64,000 nucleotides of DNA from Trichormus sp. ATA11-4-KO1 (GTDB lineage Bacteria; Cyanobacteriota; Cyanobacteriia; Cyanobacteriales; Nostocaceae). Position 1 is the first letter of the stretch, and every line of letters begins with the position of its first letter. Shown here one piece after another: positions 60,935 to 64,000 of the stretch. Below the pieces are notes generated by a model. It made no database searches and was not told the DNA's origin. It worked only from the letters and a program-made list of their open reading frames with translations. The position numbers and the translations under genes are program-made. Location: NCBI GenBank assembly GCA_019358915.1, contig JAHHIM010000065.1, positions 128,001 through 192,000 of the forward strand. Reading direction: 5' to 3'.

Positions 60935-61243
60935 CTAGGGTTCAATTTTCTGGAGTTGTTCATAAATTTCGTCTAATGGGAATTCAGGTTCATCAGGACA
61001 AAATTCTAAAGACAGTCTAACTTTTCCCTTAATCCATCCCTCAGCACTAAATTTTAAAACTTCACACTTCAATCCTTGTCCATACAAGTTTTCTTCACTC
61101 GTTCCTTCTGCTCCAACATATTCTTTAATTGCTGTAATCAAATCATGAACTTTAAAAGTTCCAGAAACATCTAAGTTATTAAAGGTGTTTGGTTCTACAT
61201 ACACAACTTCATCATGATTTAGCCGATCAAATCCATTTTCCAC
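60935..61243 (-). CDS. KGK domain protein
   Basis: GLKCEVLK...GWIKGKVRLSLEFCPDEP. Confidence 0.88.
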   Translation of the reverse strand: MENGFDRLNHDEVVYVEPNTFNNLDVSGTFKVHDLITAIKEYVGAEGTSEENLYGQGLKCEVLKFSAEGWIKGKVRLSLEFCPDEPEFPLDEIYEQLQKIEP

Positions 61244-61587
61244 AACAATTTCCTGTTACTACTTCTATAGTTTCCATAGAGATAGATGTTAAGCTCAAAT
61301 AAAATAATCTAATGTTTTTTAATAGATGCTGCCTAATTTAATGTATTAATTAATGCAACAAAGAATACGTTACGAGGAGCCTAACCCACCCTAATTATTC
61401 AGTGATTACATTTTATCCGTGTTTTTTTGTTATGACAATTAGCAGTTAAATCTAAATAAATAAATAATTATTCACGAGTTATTAGACACGCTCAGGATGT
61501 AATACTATATGTTTGCTAAATATTAATTTCATCTTCCAGGAAGTTTGGTATCGGAAGTTACCCATTTTTAAGAAATTATATAATAGT

Positions 61588-62154
61588 TCATACTCTTCGT
61601 GATTTCGCATATAGCCAGGAACTAAATAGACGACTCACCCAAGGCATGACAATATAAGTCAACAATCCCACCATGATTGCGGAAATGATTAATGAAATTA
61701 TCAAAGGAGGTAAGTTGCGAAGCATGGGTGTTAAAAGCGTATTCAACAAATTAATCAATACATATACAACTGCCCAAGTTAGCAATGCTGTTTTATAACG
61801 AGGTGGAGTTTTTAGTGGTTGATTGGGAAGAGAAAACCAAGCTGCTAATCCATTGATTTGCTGAATATGTGGGTCAGATTGCACTAAATGTTGAGCTTGA
61901 GTCAGCCAATATTCGCGATCGCGTGATGTCATCCATAGCTTCAAATTTTCATAGCCGTCGAACCGGAAGATAATCACATATTCTGGTCGCACGCCTGGTT
62001 GTGGGCGAATCACATTTGTGCCTAAATGACCAATATAGGTTTTGGAAACATTAGTAATATCTCTCAACCAAGCCTCGTAAGCGCTTTCACATCCTGGTTT
62101 GACAATTTGTGAAATGACTATGGTTACAAATTGATCTTCTTGTTCCATCTCCAT
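61588..62154 (-). CDS. Antibiotic biosynthesis monooxygenase-like (ABM) domain protein with 2 C-terminal TMs
   Basis: VKPGCESAYEAW, GHLG, IIFRFD, PPRYK..LLTW, YIVMP. Confidence 0.85.
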   Translation of the reverse strand: MEMEQEDQFVTIVISQIVKPGCESAYEAWLRDITNVSKTYIGHLGTNVIRPQPGVRPEYVIIFRFDGYENLKLWMTSRDREYWLTQAQHLVQSDPHIQQINGLAAWFSLPNQPLKTPPRYKTALLTWAVVYVLINLLNTLLTPMLRNLPPLIISLIISAIMVGLLTYIVMPWVSRLFSSWLYAKSRRV

Positions 62155-62181
62155 TAGTTATGTCGCTATCAAGCTTTTTCT

Positions 62182-62697
62182 CTAGTCTTTTAATACACGA
62201 GCATTTTCTCGTACTAAGATGACAAAAGGCACACTCTGGTACTGATGCTCAAAATTATCAACAATGTGAAACCCTACTCCACACCATACATGGAGGGCGC
62301 GTTGATTAAACGCCGCGATCGTCACCCGGAAAATAGGAGGCGCAAACATCTGTTGAGCAAAATCTAAAACTGCTGCAACATAATAGCACCCCCGACCTTG
62401 CCCTGTTAATTTTGGGCAAATACCCATGCCAATATCCAGCCCTGGCATACTGTAATCACCTCCAGGTACTTGACCATCTTCACCAAAACTACAATAGCCA
62501 ACAAACTCTCTTGAGTCTTCAAAAATACCGTAAAAGTTGTTCTGAGGATCGAGAAAATAATCTACGTTTTGTTCAATTTCGTCGGGGTTTAAATTGTAGA
62601 AATTATAAGGTGCGTCATAACGCCACCCAGCTATCTCCCGCACATTTGCTTCATCCAAAGGTTGAATACTCAAGGGCGTTGCCAGTCTCTCATACAA
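62182..62697 (-). CDS. GNAT N-acetyltransferase
   Basis: WRYDAPYNFY, DIGMG..PKLTGQGRG, FNQRA, GF. Confidence 0.88.
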   Translation of the reverse strand: MYERLATPLSIQPLDEANVREIAGWRYDAPYNFYNLNPDEIEQNVDYFLDPQNNFYGIFEDSREFVGYCSFGEDGQVPGGDYSMPGLDIGMGICPKLTGQGRGCYYVAAVLDFAQQMFAPPIFRVTIAAFNQRALHVWCGVGFHIVDNFEHQYQSVPFVILVRENARVLKD

Positions 62698-62890
62698 TTC
62701 GGAAGCAAGCTACTAAAAGAGATATCCAGCTTTCCTTACCTCAAGTCGGACAACGTTGGCAGGAACTACGCCTGTAGGAGGTGGTAAAAATATTCCCCCA
62801 TTCATCACAACATAAATTGCCGTGCGATCGCTTATATATTGTTGACCCGTCTCTGTTGGTGGAGACAGGTAACAGGTTAGAAAAAGGTTG

Positions 62891-63949
62891 TTAAAAAAAC
62901 CAACCGTAAGAATGCAAACCTTTTCCTAAAAGATTGACACCGAGATAGCAAACCCAGACGACGACAAAGCCACTAGCAGCTAAAATTGCTGGACGACGAC
63001 CTTGCCAACCGCGAGTAATTCGGGCGTGGAGATAGGCGGCAAAAACTAACCAGGTAATTAAAGCCCAGGTTTCTTTGGGGTCCCAACTCCAGTATGAACC
63101 CCAAGCTTCGTTAGCCCAAACTGCACCAGCAATAATACCTATTGTGAGTAGAGGAAATCCTAGTCCAATGACTCGATAACTAATATTGTCTAGGGTTTCA
63201 GCAAGGCTGAGGCGCTGGGGTGACAGGGGTTCTTCGGCAGTGGCTACTGTTGGAGACTCAGAAGCAGCGACTAAATTTAACACAGCAGTGTTGCTGTTGC
63301 CGTTGTTATTGCTTTCAAAACGAGCAAAACCGTTATTTTCTCCCACAGATGTTGCTGGTTGAGAAACTAACTCACCTGCTTTATGCAAACGGTAGCCGTT
63401 GCTCCGATAACCGCCAGTACCTACAGAACTGCCTTGTAATTGAATATTTTGACCGCGAGTGACAATTAGAAATGCGATCGCTAGTAGTGACCCTACCATC
63501 AAAGCGGCATAACTCAACATCATCACACTGACGTGCATCATCAGCCAGTTGGACTTGAGTGCAGGTACTAAGGGTTCTGCTGATTGCATTTGGGATGGCA
63601 GAGTGAGGGCTGCAAAAGCAGTAATCCCCATGGCTACGGGAGCTGTAACAACTCCCACTAGGCGGCTACGGCTGGTATTTTCAGCAAACAGATGCACGGC
63701 AGTAATTCCCCAAACCAAGAAAAATAGGGATTCATACAGATTACTGAGGGGAAAATAACCAGCTTCTATCCATCTTGCCCCTAATAAAGTAGCTATGCAT
63801 AAATTAGCGATCGCCATTCCTGCTGTTCCCAATGTAGCAATTGCTGGCAGCTTCGGAAAAGCTGCACCTCCCCAATACAGGAGCATGGTGAGGAATAATA
63901 CGGCAAAAGAGACATTATCCAACCAGTTCTGGAGTGCAACCAGATTCAT
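62891..63949 (-). CDS. ccsB: c-type cytochrome biogenesis protein CcsB (CcsA/Ycf5)
   Basis: [43 protein letters not shown]. Confidence 0.96.
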   Translation of the reverse strand: MNLVALQNWLDNVSFAVLFLTMLLYWGGAAFPKLPAIATLGTAGMAIANLCIATLLGARWIEAGYFPLSNLYESLFFLVWGITAVHLFAENTSRSRLVGVVTAPVAMGITAFAALTLPSQMQSAEPLVPALKSNWLMMHVSVMMLSYAALMVGSLLAIAFLIVTRGQNIQLQGSSVGTGGYRSNGYRLHKAGELVSQPATSVGENNGFARFESNNNGNSNTAVLNLVAASESPTVATAEEPLSPQRLSLAETLDNISYRVIGLGFPLLTIGIIAGAVWANEAWGSYWSWDPKETWALITWLVFAAYLHARITRGWQGRRPAILAASGFVVVWVCYLGVNLLGKGLHSYGWFF

Positions 63950-64000
63950 AAAGTGTTCTCCCCAGTGGATTTTTTAAAATATTGATTCTGACTGTTCTGA

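Noticed and set aside
1..64000. Frequent GCGATCGC octamers
   Set aside because: HIP1, a well-known genome-wide cyanobacterial feature; used only as taxonomic evidence.

Overview
Window from a filamentous cyanobacterium, most likely Nostocales. This rests on frequent HIP1 (GCGATCGC), STRR-type heptamer repeats, psb32/psbP/chlM and a complete hmp motility locus. Layout: (1) 1-13 kb, a LysR regulator (truncated by the window edge, absent from the ORF track) diverges from a 10-gene co-directional cluster: an orphan kinase-fold protein, an orphan helical-repeat protein, an IorAB-type molybdoenzyme, an aryl-alcohol dehydrogenase, a DMT exporter, an SRPBCC protein, a LigW-like decarboxylase, XdhC and MocA. 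I do not recognise it as a described pathway. (2) 13-18 kb, an accessory patch with a lone double-glycine peptide, a secreted tandem gamma-carbonic-anhydrase-like protein whose Zn ligands appear split between two domains, and gene fragments. (3) 18.5-37.6 kb, mostly housekeeping genes, a DUF433/PIN toxin-antitoxin pair, and two polysaccharide-type genes between atzG-like and atzE-like genes. (4) 37.9-46.5 kb, a C39-peptidase ABC exporter plus HlyD surrounded by seven double-glycine precursors with diverse low-complexity cores, no modifying enzymes, and repeated structured non-coding elements. (5) 47-64 kb, hmpA-F chemotaxis-like locus, tilS, ccsB and small genes. I saw no rRNA, tRNA, CRISPR array or transposase. 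All family assignments come from motif recognition by eye; no searches were run.
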